NCBI RefSeq assembly: GCF_000737315.1 | Contig: NZ_JMCB01000005.1 | Span: 20,001-82,000 of the forward strand | Length of the DNA: 62,000 nucleotides | DNA from: Hyalangium minutum | Lineage (GTDB): Bacteria > Myxococcota > Myxococcia > Myxococcales > Myxococcaceae | Direction of reading: 5' to 3' | Part shown: piece by piece, positions 15,694-24,321 of the stretch | Layout: each line of letters begins with the position of its first letter | Numbering within the stretch: position 1 is the stretch's first letter | Notes under the pieces: generated by a model | Databases searched by the model: none | What the model was told of the DNA's origin: nothing | What the model saw: only the letters and a program-made list of their open reading frames with translations | Program-made: the position numbers and the translations under genes

Positions 15694-18389
15694 GCTCGCG
15701 GCGCCTCCTGGTGCCCGAGGTCATTCAGACCTCGGCGATGGACTGCGGCCCAGCCTCCCTCAAGAGCCTGCTCGAGGGACTGGGCCGTCCCGTCAGCTAC
15801 GGCCGTCTGCGCGAGGCCTGCCAGACGGACGTCGATGGCACTTCGATTGATACGCTCGAGGACCTCATGGTGCAACTCGGGCTGGAGGCCGAGCAGGTCC
15901 TCCTGCCCAGCGACCACCTGCTGCTCCCGGAGGCTGAGTCCCTGCCCGCGCTCGGGCTGATCCGGCTGCCCACGGGCTTTGCCCATTTCGTGGTCATCTG
16001 GGCGCGCCACGGGCCGCTCGTGCAGGTGATGGATCCGGCCACGGGCCGCCGGTGGCCCACGGCCCGCCGCTTCGTCCAGGATCTCTATCCGCACATCATG
16101 TCCCTGCCTGCCGAGGGCTGGCGAGAGTGGGCGCTCAGCGACGAGTTCCTCAAGCCGCTGGGCGCGCGCCTGGCGCAGCTGGGCGTGAAAGGGAGCGATG
16201 CGGAGCGGCTCATCTCGGCCGCCACGGTGGTTCCCGGTCCCATGGGCATCGCTACGCTCGATGCGGCCACGCGGATGACGGAGGCCATGGTCTCCGCGGA
16301 CATTCTCCGCCGGAGCAACGCCCGGCCCGTGGTGGGGTCCCTCTTCGAGCGCGCCCGCGCCTCGGCCGAGGGGCCCGAGCGCATCATCCCCGAGGCCTAT
16401 TGGACGGTGCGCCCCGCGCCCGAGGAAGAGGGGCAGGAGCCCCAGGTGCGCGTCCGGGGCACCGTCGCCGTCCGGGTGAAGGGGCTCAAGGCCCTCGCTC
16501 CGCAAGCGGGTACGGCTGCGGACGATGGGGGCGCCGCGCTCTCTCCGGAGCTGCAGGCCGCGCTGACGGAGCCGCCTGCCCGTCCGGGCCATCAGCTCTG
16601 GAGCCTGGTGCGCCAGGAGCCGCTGCCGCTGCTCTGGGCAGCGCTCACCGGCTTGGGGCTCGGCGCGGGGGCGGTGGTGCTGCAGGCCCTGCTCTTCCGC
16701 AGCCTGTTGGATCTGGGGCGCAGCTTCGGTCCGCCCTTGGAGCGGCTCGGAGTGCTCGCCGGGCTCCTGCTCTTCCTGGGAGCGCTCGCGCTGGTGGAGC
16801 TCCCCACCGCGCTGCTGCTCAAGAGCCTCGGGCGCAAGCTGGAGGCCCGGCTGCGCATCGCGTTCTTCGAGAAGATTCCCAAGCTCGGTGACCGCTACTT
16901 CCGCAGCCGGCCCAGCTCCGACATGGCCCACCGCAGCCACGAGCTTCATGGCCTCCGGTTGCTGCCTGATCTGATGGGCCGGGCGGTGCGGGCCCTCGTC
17001 GAGCTGGGGGTGACGACAGCGGGCATCCTCTGGCTGGCGCCCTCCAGCGCCGTCCCCGCCCTGCTGGCGTGTGCCGCCGGTGTGCTCGTGCCACTCGGGC
17101 TTCAGCCGCTGCTCGCCCAGTGGGACATGCGGGTCCGCACGCACACGGGCTCGCTGAGCCTCTTCTACCTGGATGCCTTCCTGGGCCTGGTCCCCATTCG
17201 CACCCATGCAGCGGCGCGCGCCGTCCGCGCCGAGCACGAGGGGTTGCTGGTCGAGTGGAGCAAGGCCGCTCGGAGCTACCTGAAGGCGGGCGTCATGGCC
17301 GAGGGGCTCCAGGCCCTCTGCGGATTCGGGCTGGCCGCATGGCTCGTCACCAGCCACATCACCCACGCGAGCGACTCCAGCCGCGTGCTGTTGCTCATCT
17401 ACTGGGCCCTCAACCTCCCGGTGCTCGGCAGTGAGCTGACGGCGGTGGCCCGGGAGTATCCGGGGCTGCGCAACACCACGCTCCGGCTCCTGGAGCCGCT
17501 GGGCGCCCGCGAGGAGGAGGCTCGTACGGATGGCTCGGTGCAGGCCCCCGTGTCTGGAGCTGAGCCTGCGGCTGTCTCGGTCTCTCTGGAGAAGGTGACG
17601 GTCCACGCCGCAGGGCATGTCATCCTCCAGGACGTGGATCTGCGCGTCGCGCCGGGGAGCCACGTGGCCGTCATCGGGCCGTCGGGAGCGGGCAAGTCCA
17701 GCCTCATTGGGCTCCTGCTCGGCTGGCACCTGCCCTCCACGGGCGAGCTGCGGGTGGATGGGGCGCGGTTGGAGGCGGAGCGGCTGGTGGCGCTGCGCCG
17801 GCAGACAGTATGGGTGGATCCGGCAACGCAGTTGTGGAACCGCAGCCTGCTGGAGAACCTGCGCTACGGCACGGGCCAGGGCGCCGCGTCCCTGCCTCGG
17901 GTGCTGGAGCAGGCCGAGCTGCTGACGGTGCTCGCCCGCATGCCGGAGGGGCTGCAGACGCCGCTCGGAGAGGGCGGCGGCATGGTCTCCGGTGGCGAGG
18001 GCCAGCGCGTCCGGCTGGGCAGGGCGATGCTCCAGGAGCAGGTGCGCATGGTGGTGCTCGACGAGCCCTTCCGCGGACTGGATCGCGAGCGGCGGCACCG
18101 GCTCATGCTCAACGCCCGGGAGCTGTGGAAGGGCAAGACGCTGTTCTGCATCACCCATGATGTGCGGGAGACGCTCGGCTTCGAGCGGGTGCTGGTCATC
18201 GAAGGAGGGCGGCTCGTCGAGGACGGTCCTCCCGCGGAGCTCTCGGCCCGGCCGGACTCGCGCTACCGCGCGCTGCTGGACGCCGAGGAGCTGGCCGACC
18301 GGGAGATCTGGCAGGGCTCCGAGTGGCGGCGGCTCCGGCTCGAGCAGGGCCAGCTGCGCGAGGAGCAGCCCACGAGGAAGACGGCATGA
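15690..18389 (+). CDS. Peptidase-containing ABC transporter (C39 peptidase, TMD, NBD)
   Basis: QTSAMDCGPASL (catalytic Cys), HFVV (His), VMDP (Asp); Walker A GPSGAGKS, VSGGEGQR, LDEP, ITHD. Confidence 0.92.
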   Translation: MSSRRLLVPEVIQTSAMDCGPASLKSLLEGLGRPVSYGRLREACQTDVDGTSIDTLEDLMVQLGLEAEQVLLPSDHLLLPEAESLPALGLIRLPTGFAHFVVIWARHGPLVQVMDPATGRRWPTARRFVQDLYPHIMSLPAEGWREWALSDEFLKPLGARLAQLGVKGSDAERLISAATVVPGPMGIATLDAATRMTEAMVSADILRRSNARPVVGSLFERARASAEGPERIIPEAYWTVRPAPEEEGQEPQVRVRGTVAVRVKGLKALAPQAGTAADDGGAALSPELQAALTEPPARPGHQLWSLVRQEPLPLLWAALTGLGLGAGAVVLQALLFRSLLDLGRSFGPPLERLGVLAGLLLFLGALALVELPTALLLKSLGRKLEARLRIAFFEKIPKLGDRYFRSRPSSDMAHRSHELHGLRLLPDLMGRAVRALVELGVTTAGILWLAPSSAVPALLACAAGVLVPLGLQPLLAQWDMRVRTHTGSLSLFYLDAFLGLVPIRTHAAARAVRAEHEGLLVEWSKAARSYLKAGVMAEGLQALCGFGLAAWLVTSHITHASDSSRVLLLIYWALNLPVLGSELTAVAREYPGLRNTTLRLLEPLGAREEEARTDGSVQAPVSGAEPAAVSVSLEKVTVHAAGHVILQDVDLRVAPGSHVAVIGPSGAGKSSLIGLLLGWHLPSTGELRVDGARLEAERLVALRRQTVWVDPATQLWNRSLLENLRYGTGQGAASLPRVLEQAELLTVLARMPEGLQTPLGEGGGMVSGGEGQRVRLGRAMLQEQVRMVVLDEPFRGLDRERRHRLMLNARELWKGKTLFCITHDVRETLGFERVLVIEGGRLVEDGPPAELSARPDSRYRALLDAEELADREIWQGSEWRRLRLEQGQLREEQPTRKTA

Positions 18390-20518
18390 GCGCCGTGGAC
18401 GCGGCCTCCTGGCCTCTGGAGCGCCTCTCGGAGGCGATGCTCGCTCTGGGCCGCTGGAGCGGGCTGGTGCCGAAGCAGGTGGAGCTGGCGCCGCCTCCGG
18501 GCTGGCTGGGCACGGGCGACCGCTATCAGCTGACGCGGTGGATCGCCGCGGCGGGCCGGTGGATCGGGGTGGACGTGGTGCACCTCGACACGCCTTATGT
18601 GGAGGTGGACTCGCTGCTGCGGGGCGCGGGGCCGGCGCTGCTGATGCTGTCGGAGAGCGATGCGCAGGTGCCGCGCTTCCTGCTGCTGGCGCGGGGCGGC
18701 CGGCACAAGGTCAGCGTCCTCGGGCCGGATCTCCAGCTCCACGCGCTGCCACTCGAGGAGGTCCGCAAGCGGCTCTGCCACCGGTTGGAGAGCCACGTCC
18801 GAAAGGATGTCGAGGAGGTACTGGCGGCCACAGGCCTGAAGGGGCGGCGCCGGCGGCGGGCCGAGGACGGGCTCTATCGAGGGCTGCTCGGATCCAGGAA
18901 CGTCTCGGGCTGCTGGGGGCTCCGTCCGCTGCCGGGGAGCGACTTCTGGCATCAGGCTCAGCAGGCCGGGCTGATGCGGCGGCTGGGCACGTTCCTGGGG
19001 GCCCATGCCCTCCAGTATGGGCTCTGGCTGGTGTCGTGGTGGCTGATCGGCAAGGCGGCGCTGGAGGGGATTCTCGCTCCAGGGTGGTTGCTGGCGTGGG
19101 GGCTCGTTCTCGCGACGGTGATTCCCCTGCGCTTGCTGGCCTCGTGGTCCGGCGGGCACCTGGCCATCCTCGTGGGCACGCTGCTCAAGCAGCGCCTGCT
19201 GGTAGGGGCGCTCAAGCTGGAGCCCGAGGAGATCCGCACTCAAGGCACAGGCCAGCTCCTGGGCAAGGTCCTCGAGTCCCAGGCCGTCGAGTCGCTCGCC
19301 ATCAGTGGAGGCCTGAGCGCGGGAATGGCTTCGATCGAGCTGCTCGCAGCGGGGCTGCTCTTCCTCGCCGCGCCCAGTGGGACGTTGTCCCTGGCGCTGC
19401 TGGTGGGCACGCTCGGGGTGATGGGGTACTGCGCGGTGCGCTACTGGCGGGCGCGCCAGCGGTGGACCCACCAGCGCCTCACCCTGACGCATACGCTGGT
19501 GGAGAACCTGCTGGGACACCGCACGCGGATCGTCCAGCAGCCTCGGGAGCAGTGGCACACCTCCGAGGATCAAGCGCTCGAGGACTACCTGGCGCCCTCC
19601 CGCTCCGTGGATCGCGCGGCGGTGGTGCTGAGCCTGCTCATCCCGCATGCGTGGCTGATCCTCGGAGTGGCAGGTCTGGCGCCTGCCTTCCTGGGCGGGG
19701 CGGCGGGCGTGTCGGACGTGGCCGTGGTGCTGGGCATCACGCTGCTGGCGTACCAGTCCCTGCGGCGGTTCGCCTCGGGACTGATCAACCTGTCGGGAGC
19801 GGGGATCGCCTGGAGCCAGATCCGCGCCATCTTCCAGGCGGCGGCGAGGCCGGAGCGGGCGGGGCACCCGGAGTTCGCGCTGGCCCGGCAGGGCGAGGCA
19901 CCCTCACATGCAGTGGTGAATGGCTCGGGGCTCGTCTACCGGTATGAGGGGCGGGTGACTCCCGTGCTGAGCGGCGCGGATCTGCGCATCCACCTCGGCG
20001 AGCGGATCCTCCTGGAGGGGCCCTCGGGAGGCGGCAAGTCCACGCTCGGCTCGGTGCTCGCGGGACTGCGCTCCCAGGAGTCGGGCCTGCTGCTCGCGGA
20101 TGGACTGGACCGCCACACGCTGGGGGATGTGGGCTGGGCGCGGCGGATTGTCTCGGCGCCGCAGTTCCACGAGAACCACGTGCTGACGGGCACCTTCGCC
20201 TTCAACCTGCTGATGGGCTGCGAGTGGCCTCCCCGTGGTGCGGACCTCCAAGAGGCGGAGGCCCTCTGTCACGAGCTGGGGCTGGGGGAGCTCCTCTCCC
20301 GGATGCCCTCGGGGCTCCAGCAGCAGTTGGGAGAGATTGGCTGGCAGCTCTCGCATGGTGAGCGCAGCCGCCTCTTCATTGCCCGGGCGCTGCTGCAGAA
20401 GTCGAGCCTCGTCATCCTCGACGAGAGCTTTGCCGCGCTGGATCCGGAGACGCTCCGGGTGGCCATGCGCTGTGTCTTCGAGCGCGCGCCCAGCCTGCTC
20501 GTCATCGCCCACCCGTAG
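18386..20518 (+). CDS. Second ABC transporter subunit (no peptidase triad; degenerate signature)
   Basis: ATG overlaps the previous stop; TM domain; GPSGGGKST, LSHGERSR, ILDES, IAHP; N-terminal domain lacks the QxxxxDCG motif. Confidence 0.88.
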   Translation: MSAVDAASWPLERLSEAMLALGRWSGLVPKQVELAPPPGWLGTGDRYQLTRWIAAAGRWIGVDVVHLDTPYVEVDSLLRGAGPALLMLSESDAQVPRFLLLARGGRHKVSVLGPDLQLHALPLEEVRKRLCHRLESHVRKDVEEVLAATGLKGRRRRRAEDGLYRGLLGSRNVSGCWGLRPLPGSDFWHQAQQAGLMRRLGTFLGAHALQYGLWLVSWWLIGKAALEGILAPGWLLAWGLVLATVIPLRLLASWSGGHLAILVGTLLKQRLLVGALKLEPEEIRTQGTGQLLGKVLESQAVESLAISGGLSAGMASIELLAAGLLFLAAPSGTLSLALLVGTLGVMGYCAVRYWRARQRWTHQRLTLTHTLVENLLGHRTRIVQQPREQWHTSEDQALEDYLAPSRSVDRAAVVLSLLIPHAWLILGVAGLAPAFLGGAAGVSDVAVVLGITLLAYQSLRRFASGLINLSGAGIAWSQIRAIFQAAARPERAGHPEFALARQGEAPSHAVVNGSGLVYRYEGRVTPVLSGADLRIHLGERILLEGPSGGGKSTLGSVLAGLRSQESGLLLADGLDRHTLGDVGWARRIVSAPQFHENHVLTGTFAFNLLMGCEWPPRGADLQEAEALCHELGLGELLSRMPSGLQQQLGEIGWQLSHGERSRLFIARALLQKSSLVILDESFAALDPETLRVAMRCVFERAPSLLVIAHP

Positions 20519-20601
20519 AGCGCCTCACGTTGGCGTACAGGCTCCTGCCCGGCCTCCGCGGGCCAGAGAGACTTGCCCCGCGAGGAACGCCGTGACATAT
20601 T

Positions 20602-22116
20602 TTGGTCATGCAACCAAGATTGATGGACACCGCGAGGGTTGTGCGTCAGGAGGCTGGCATCCGGACGGATCTGCCGTGCTTCCTGTTGCGAGGGGTGTTC
20701 TCCCGGGGCGAGTGTGCCCAAGTCATCCAGGAGGCGGAGGAGGCGGGCTTCCAGGCGATGGGAGGGGACTACCCGCCCTCGTACCGGGACAACGACCGCC
20801 GGGTCCGCGACGACGCGGCGCTGGCGGAGGCTGTCTTCGAGCGCATTCGTCCCTTCTTGCCTGAGCGGCTCGTGGACGCGTCGGGTGAGGCGTGGCGCCT
20901 GCAGGGGCTCAACCCGCGCTTCCGCTTCTGCCGCTACCGGGGAGGCCAGCGGTTCTGCATCCACCGGGATGGGGCGTATGCACAGAGCCCCCAGGTGCGC
21001 TCGCGGCTGACGTGCATGCTGTACCTCAACGACAGCGGGGAGTTCTCCGGCGGAGCGACGCGCTACTACGCCGAGCGCACGGAGGACGCGGGGTTGCTGG
21101 GCGTGGTGCGGCCCGAGGCGGGCACGCTGATCGTCTTCGACCACGAGCTCTGGCACGACGGAGAGGCCGTCACCTCGGGCACCAAGTACGTGATGCGGAC
21201 GGATGTCCTCTATGAGCGCGAGTCGCTCGGGCGCGGTGACACGGCGGAGGTGCTCACCGGGCACCAGGGCTACGTCTGGCATGTGCTGGCCCGCCGGGAT
21301 GGGAGCCTGGCCACCGCCTCCCGCGATGGGACCGTGCGGCTGTGGAAGCAGTCGAGGGACACGTGGCGGCAGGACGCGGTGCTCACGGGGCACACGGCTT
21401 CGGTCGTCGCGCTGGCGGAGGACAGCGAGGGAAGGCTGTGGAGCGCGTCGCGAGACCGCACCGTGCGCCGCTGGGAGGCGGGGACCTCTCAGGTCATCGG
21501 CCGTCACGAGGGAGCCGTGCTGTGCCTCGCCGCGCTGCCGGATGGGCAGCTGGCGAGCGGTGGCGCGGATGGAGCCATTCGCTTGTGGTCCGCACAGGGA
21601 GCGCCCCTCGGTGTCCTGCGTGGACACACCGGCTGGATCTGGGCGCTCGTTCCGCTCGAGGGCGGACGGCTCGCCTCGGCCTCCGAGGACGGCACGGTGC
21701 GCCTGTGGAGCCTGGAGACGCTGCGTGAGGCCTCCGCACCCGCAGAGACTGGAGCACCGGTGCGTGCACTCGCCGCCCTTCCTTCCGGAAGGCTCATCTC
21801 CGGCCAGGCCACAGGGGAACTCTCCCAGTGGCAGCTCGTGCAGGCTCCTCACCTGGCCCTGGAGCTTCGGGGTTGCCGCCGTGTGCACACCGGTGCTGTG
21901 TGCTCCATCGCTCCGCTCAGTGAGGACAGGGTGGCGAGCGGCGGAGAAGACGACGGCATTCATGTCACCCGCCTGCCGGACTTCACCTCCCTGGCCTCCC
22001 ACCGCCACGAGGGCTTCGTCCGGAGCCTCGCGGTACTGCCTGGGGAGCGGCTCGCGAGCGCCTCCTACGACACCACCGTGCGGCTGTGGCATCCGCCGCA
22101 GCTCCTGCCCGCGTGA
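20602..22116 (+). CDS. 2OG-Fe(II) oxygenase (prolyl-4-hydroxylase-like) fused to WD40 repeats
   Basis: RFCRY...HRDG...LYLND...WHDG...KYVMRTD oxygenase core; repeated GH...ASxSxDGTVRLW units. Exact start uncertain (20602, 20608 or 20623). Confidence 0.85.
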   Translation: MVMQPRLMDTARVVRQEAGIRTDLPCFLLRGVFSRGECAQVIQEAEEAGFQAMGGDYPPSYRDNDRRVRDDAALAEAVFERIRPFLPERLVDASGEAWRLQGLNPRFRFCRYRGGQRFCIHRDGAYAQSPQVRSRLTCMLYLNDSGEFSGGATRYYAERTEDAGLLGVVRPEAGTLIVFDHELWHDGEAVTSGTKYVMRTDVLYERESLGRGDTAEVLTGHQGYVWHVLARRDGSLATASRDGTVRLWKQSRDTWRQDAVLTGHTASVVALAEDSEGRLWSASRDRTVRRWEAGTSQVIGRHEGAVLCLAALPDGQLASGGADGAIRLWSAQGAPLGVLRGHTGWIWALVPLEGGRLASASEDGTVRLWSLETLREASAPAETGAPVRALAALPSGRLISGQATGELSQWQLVQAPHLALELRGCRRVHTGAVCSIAPLSEDRVASGGEDDGIHVTRLPDFTSLASHRHEGFVRSLAVLPGERLASASYDTTVRLWHPPQLLPA

Positions 22117-22280
22117 GCCTCCGAGCGCCCGGCGGCATGCCTGCTGAGCCTCGCTAGGCGCAGGGCGGACGGATCGCCGCGAGCCTGCTCTCTCGCTTGC
22201 TTCCCCCTGTGACCCACAGCGTCGATCACCACCATGAAGGGACCACGGCGAGTGAGAGAGTTGCCGGCCGGGACCCGACC

Positions 22281-23666
22281 ATGTTGCACGATGCCATCGA
22301 CACCTCCCTATTCCCCGCCTTCCCGCCCCAGGTCCTCGAGGAACTGAAGCGGGAAGGCCAGCTGCGAACCTTCCAGCCTGGTGAGGACCTCTTCATGGAG
22401 GGGCAGGAGGATCCAGGCATCTTCTTCATCCTCTCGGGCGAGGTCCGCATCACCCGGCGCCAAGGCGGCGAGGAGCAGGTGCTGGCCGTCCACCGGCTCG
22501 GAGCGTTCGTAGGCGAGCTCGCCATGCTGGCCGGAGGCACTGCCACCTGCACGGGCCGTGCGCTGAGGCCCACGCGGGTGCTGCAACTGAGCGCGGACAG
22601 GTTCCGCCGCGGTGTGTCCGAGGGCACGCCCCTGGCGAGGTTCGCGCTCCAGTCCGTGGTGGCACGGCACCAGGAGGTGGAGGCGCAGGTCCGCGAGCAG
22701 GAGAAGCTGGCGGCGCTGGGCCGCATGGCCGCGAGCCTGACTCACGAGCTGAACAACCCCGCGGCTGCGGCCCGGCGCGCGGCGGATCAGCTTCGCGAGG
22801 AGTGCCTCACCTCTCAGCAGCGCTCGCTCGCCCAGGATCGCCGGCTGACCGAGGCCCAGTGCAAGGCCCTGTCGGAAGTGCTGCAGGCCCTGCTCGTCTC
22901 GAAGCCCCAGGTCTTGGATGCCCTGGCACGGAGTGCGCTGGAGGACGCGCTCCTCGAGTGGCTGTCGGACCATGGCATGCGGCAGTCGTTCTCTCGCGCC
23001 TCCACCCTGGCGAACGCGGGAGTGGATGTGCCGCACCTGGAGGAACTGGGGGCGGTGCTGGAGGGACAGGCACTGCAGGTGGGGCTGGCGTGGCTCGAGG
23101 CGACGCTCTCGTTGGCGGAGCTCGCGGAGGTGCTCGTCTCGAGCACGGAGCGGCTCACCTCGCTCATCGCCGCTGTGAAGCAGTACACGTACAAGGACCA
23201 GGACACGCTCCAGGAGGTGGACCTGCACTCGGGGCTGGAGGCGACGCTGGCCATGTTCGCCCACCGGATGCGCGGCGGCGTGACGGTGACGCGCGACTAC
23301 GACACCTCGCTGCCCAAGCTCTGGGCCCATGGCGGCGAGCTGAACCAGGTGTGGACCAACCTCATCGAGAACGCCCTGGACGCCATGAAGGACCGCGGCA
23401 CGCTGCTGGTGAGCACCAGCCGCCACGGAGACGAGGTCCACGTGGAGATCGGCGACGACGGCCCAGGCATTCCCGAGGAGCTGCAGTCGCGCATCTGGGA
23501 GCCGTTCTTCACCACCAAGCTCCTGGGCCAGGGCACGGGGCTGGGGCTGGACATCGCGCGGCGCATCGTCGAGCGCCGGCTCGGCGGGCGAATCCACCTG
23601 CAGTCGAAGCCGGGGGACACGCGCTTCCGGGTGGAGCTGCCGCTCAAGCCTGAGCTGCCCCACTAG
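22281..23666 (+). CDS. Sensor histidine kinase with N-terminal cNMP-binding-like domain
   Basis: GELAML cNMP fold; HELNNP H-box, ELNQVWTNLIENA N-box, DDGPGI, FFTTK, GTGLGL. Confidence 0.9.
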   Translation: MLHDAIDTSLFPAFPPQVLEELKREGQLRTFQPGEDLFMEGQEDPGIFFILSGEVRITRRQGGEEQVLAVHRLGAFVGELAMLAGGTATCTGRALRPTRVLQLSADRFRRGVSEGTPLARFALQSVVARHQEVEAQVREQEKLAALGRMAASLTHELNNPAAAARRAADQLREECLTSQQRSLAQDRRLTEAQCKALSEVLQALLVSKPQVLDALARSALEDALLEWLSDHGMRQSFSRASTLANAGVDVPHLEELGAVLEGQALQVGLAWLEATLSLAELAEVLVSSTERLTSLIAAVKQYTYKDQDTLQEVDLHSGLEATLAMFAHRMRGGVTVTRDYDTSLPKLWAHGGELNQVWTNLIENALDAMKDRGTLLVSTSRHGDEVHVEIGDDGPGIPEELQSRIWEPFFTTKLLGQGTGLGLDIARRIVERRLGGRIHLQSKPGDTRFRVELPLKPELPH

Positions 23667-23807
23667 CGCCCTGTACGAGGCCTGCCTGGTTGCTCCGGGG
23701 GCGGGCTGACTCCAGGTGGGCTGTCCGGCTGATGGGTGGTGGCCGGGCGCGGGGGTGCTCATCCCTTAGAGGCAATGGGGGGCCTGGATGCCTCCCGGGG
23801 AGCGGGC

Positions 23808-24284
23808 ATGAGACAGAGCGGCTTTCGAGCGTGGAAGGTGTTGGCCGGCCTGGCCGTGGCTGGGCTGTGTGCGGGCTGCAAGTATCTGCCAGATACAGGC
23901 TCCGTCAGGCAGGAGGGACCTCCCGAGACCTTCTTCGGAACCGAGAAGGCTCACCTGCCTCCGGGCACCTACGCCCGGTACCAGTACTCGCCGGACCGGG
24001 GCTACAACGGCACCATCGCGCAGCTCGGCTCGAGCATTGATCCGCGCACGCCCGAGGCGGCGGGCAAGCTGGGCAACTCGCGCTTGGTGGATGTGACAGG
24101 CCGGCCCGCCCCCCCGGCGCCCGAGCTGGGCGTCAGCGGTAAAGACGTCGCGCTCGAGGTGGGTAATCCCGAAGGCTCGGCTGACATGGGTTGGCGGGCA
24201 CGCCTGGGCTACGATGTGCGCACGAGGAACATCGGCGGTCCTCGATCCGCCGAGAGTCAGCGCGGGTACATCCCGGGCCCATGA
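23808..24284 (+). CDS. Hypothetical lipoprotein
   Basis: MRQSGFRAWKVLAGLAVAGLCAGCK lipobox; no recognisable domain. Confidence 0.6.
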   Translation: MRQSGFRAWKVLAGLAVAGLCAGCKYLPDTGSVRQEGPPETFFGTEKAHLPPGTYARYQYSPDRGYNGTIAQLGSSIDPRTPEAAGKLGNSRLVDVTGRPAPPAPELGVSGKDVALEVGNPEGSADMGWRARLGYDVRTRNIGGPRSAESQRGYIPGP

Positions 24285-24321
24285 GCTTCTCGGAGTCACA
24301 CGGCGGATGACACCTGCCCCC

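Noticed and set aside
9747-22116. mcc region as an integrated genomic island
   Set aside because: No integrase, tRNA target or direct repeats are visible at the borders; island status needs comparative genomics.
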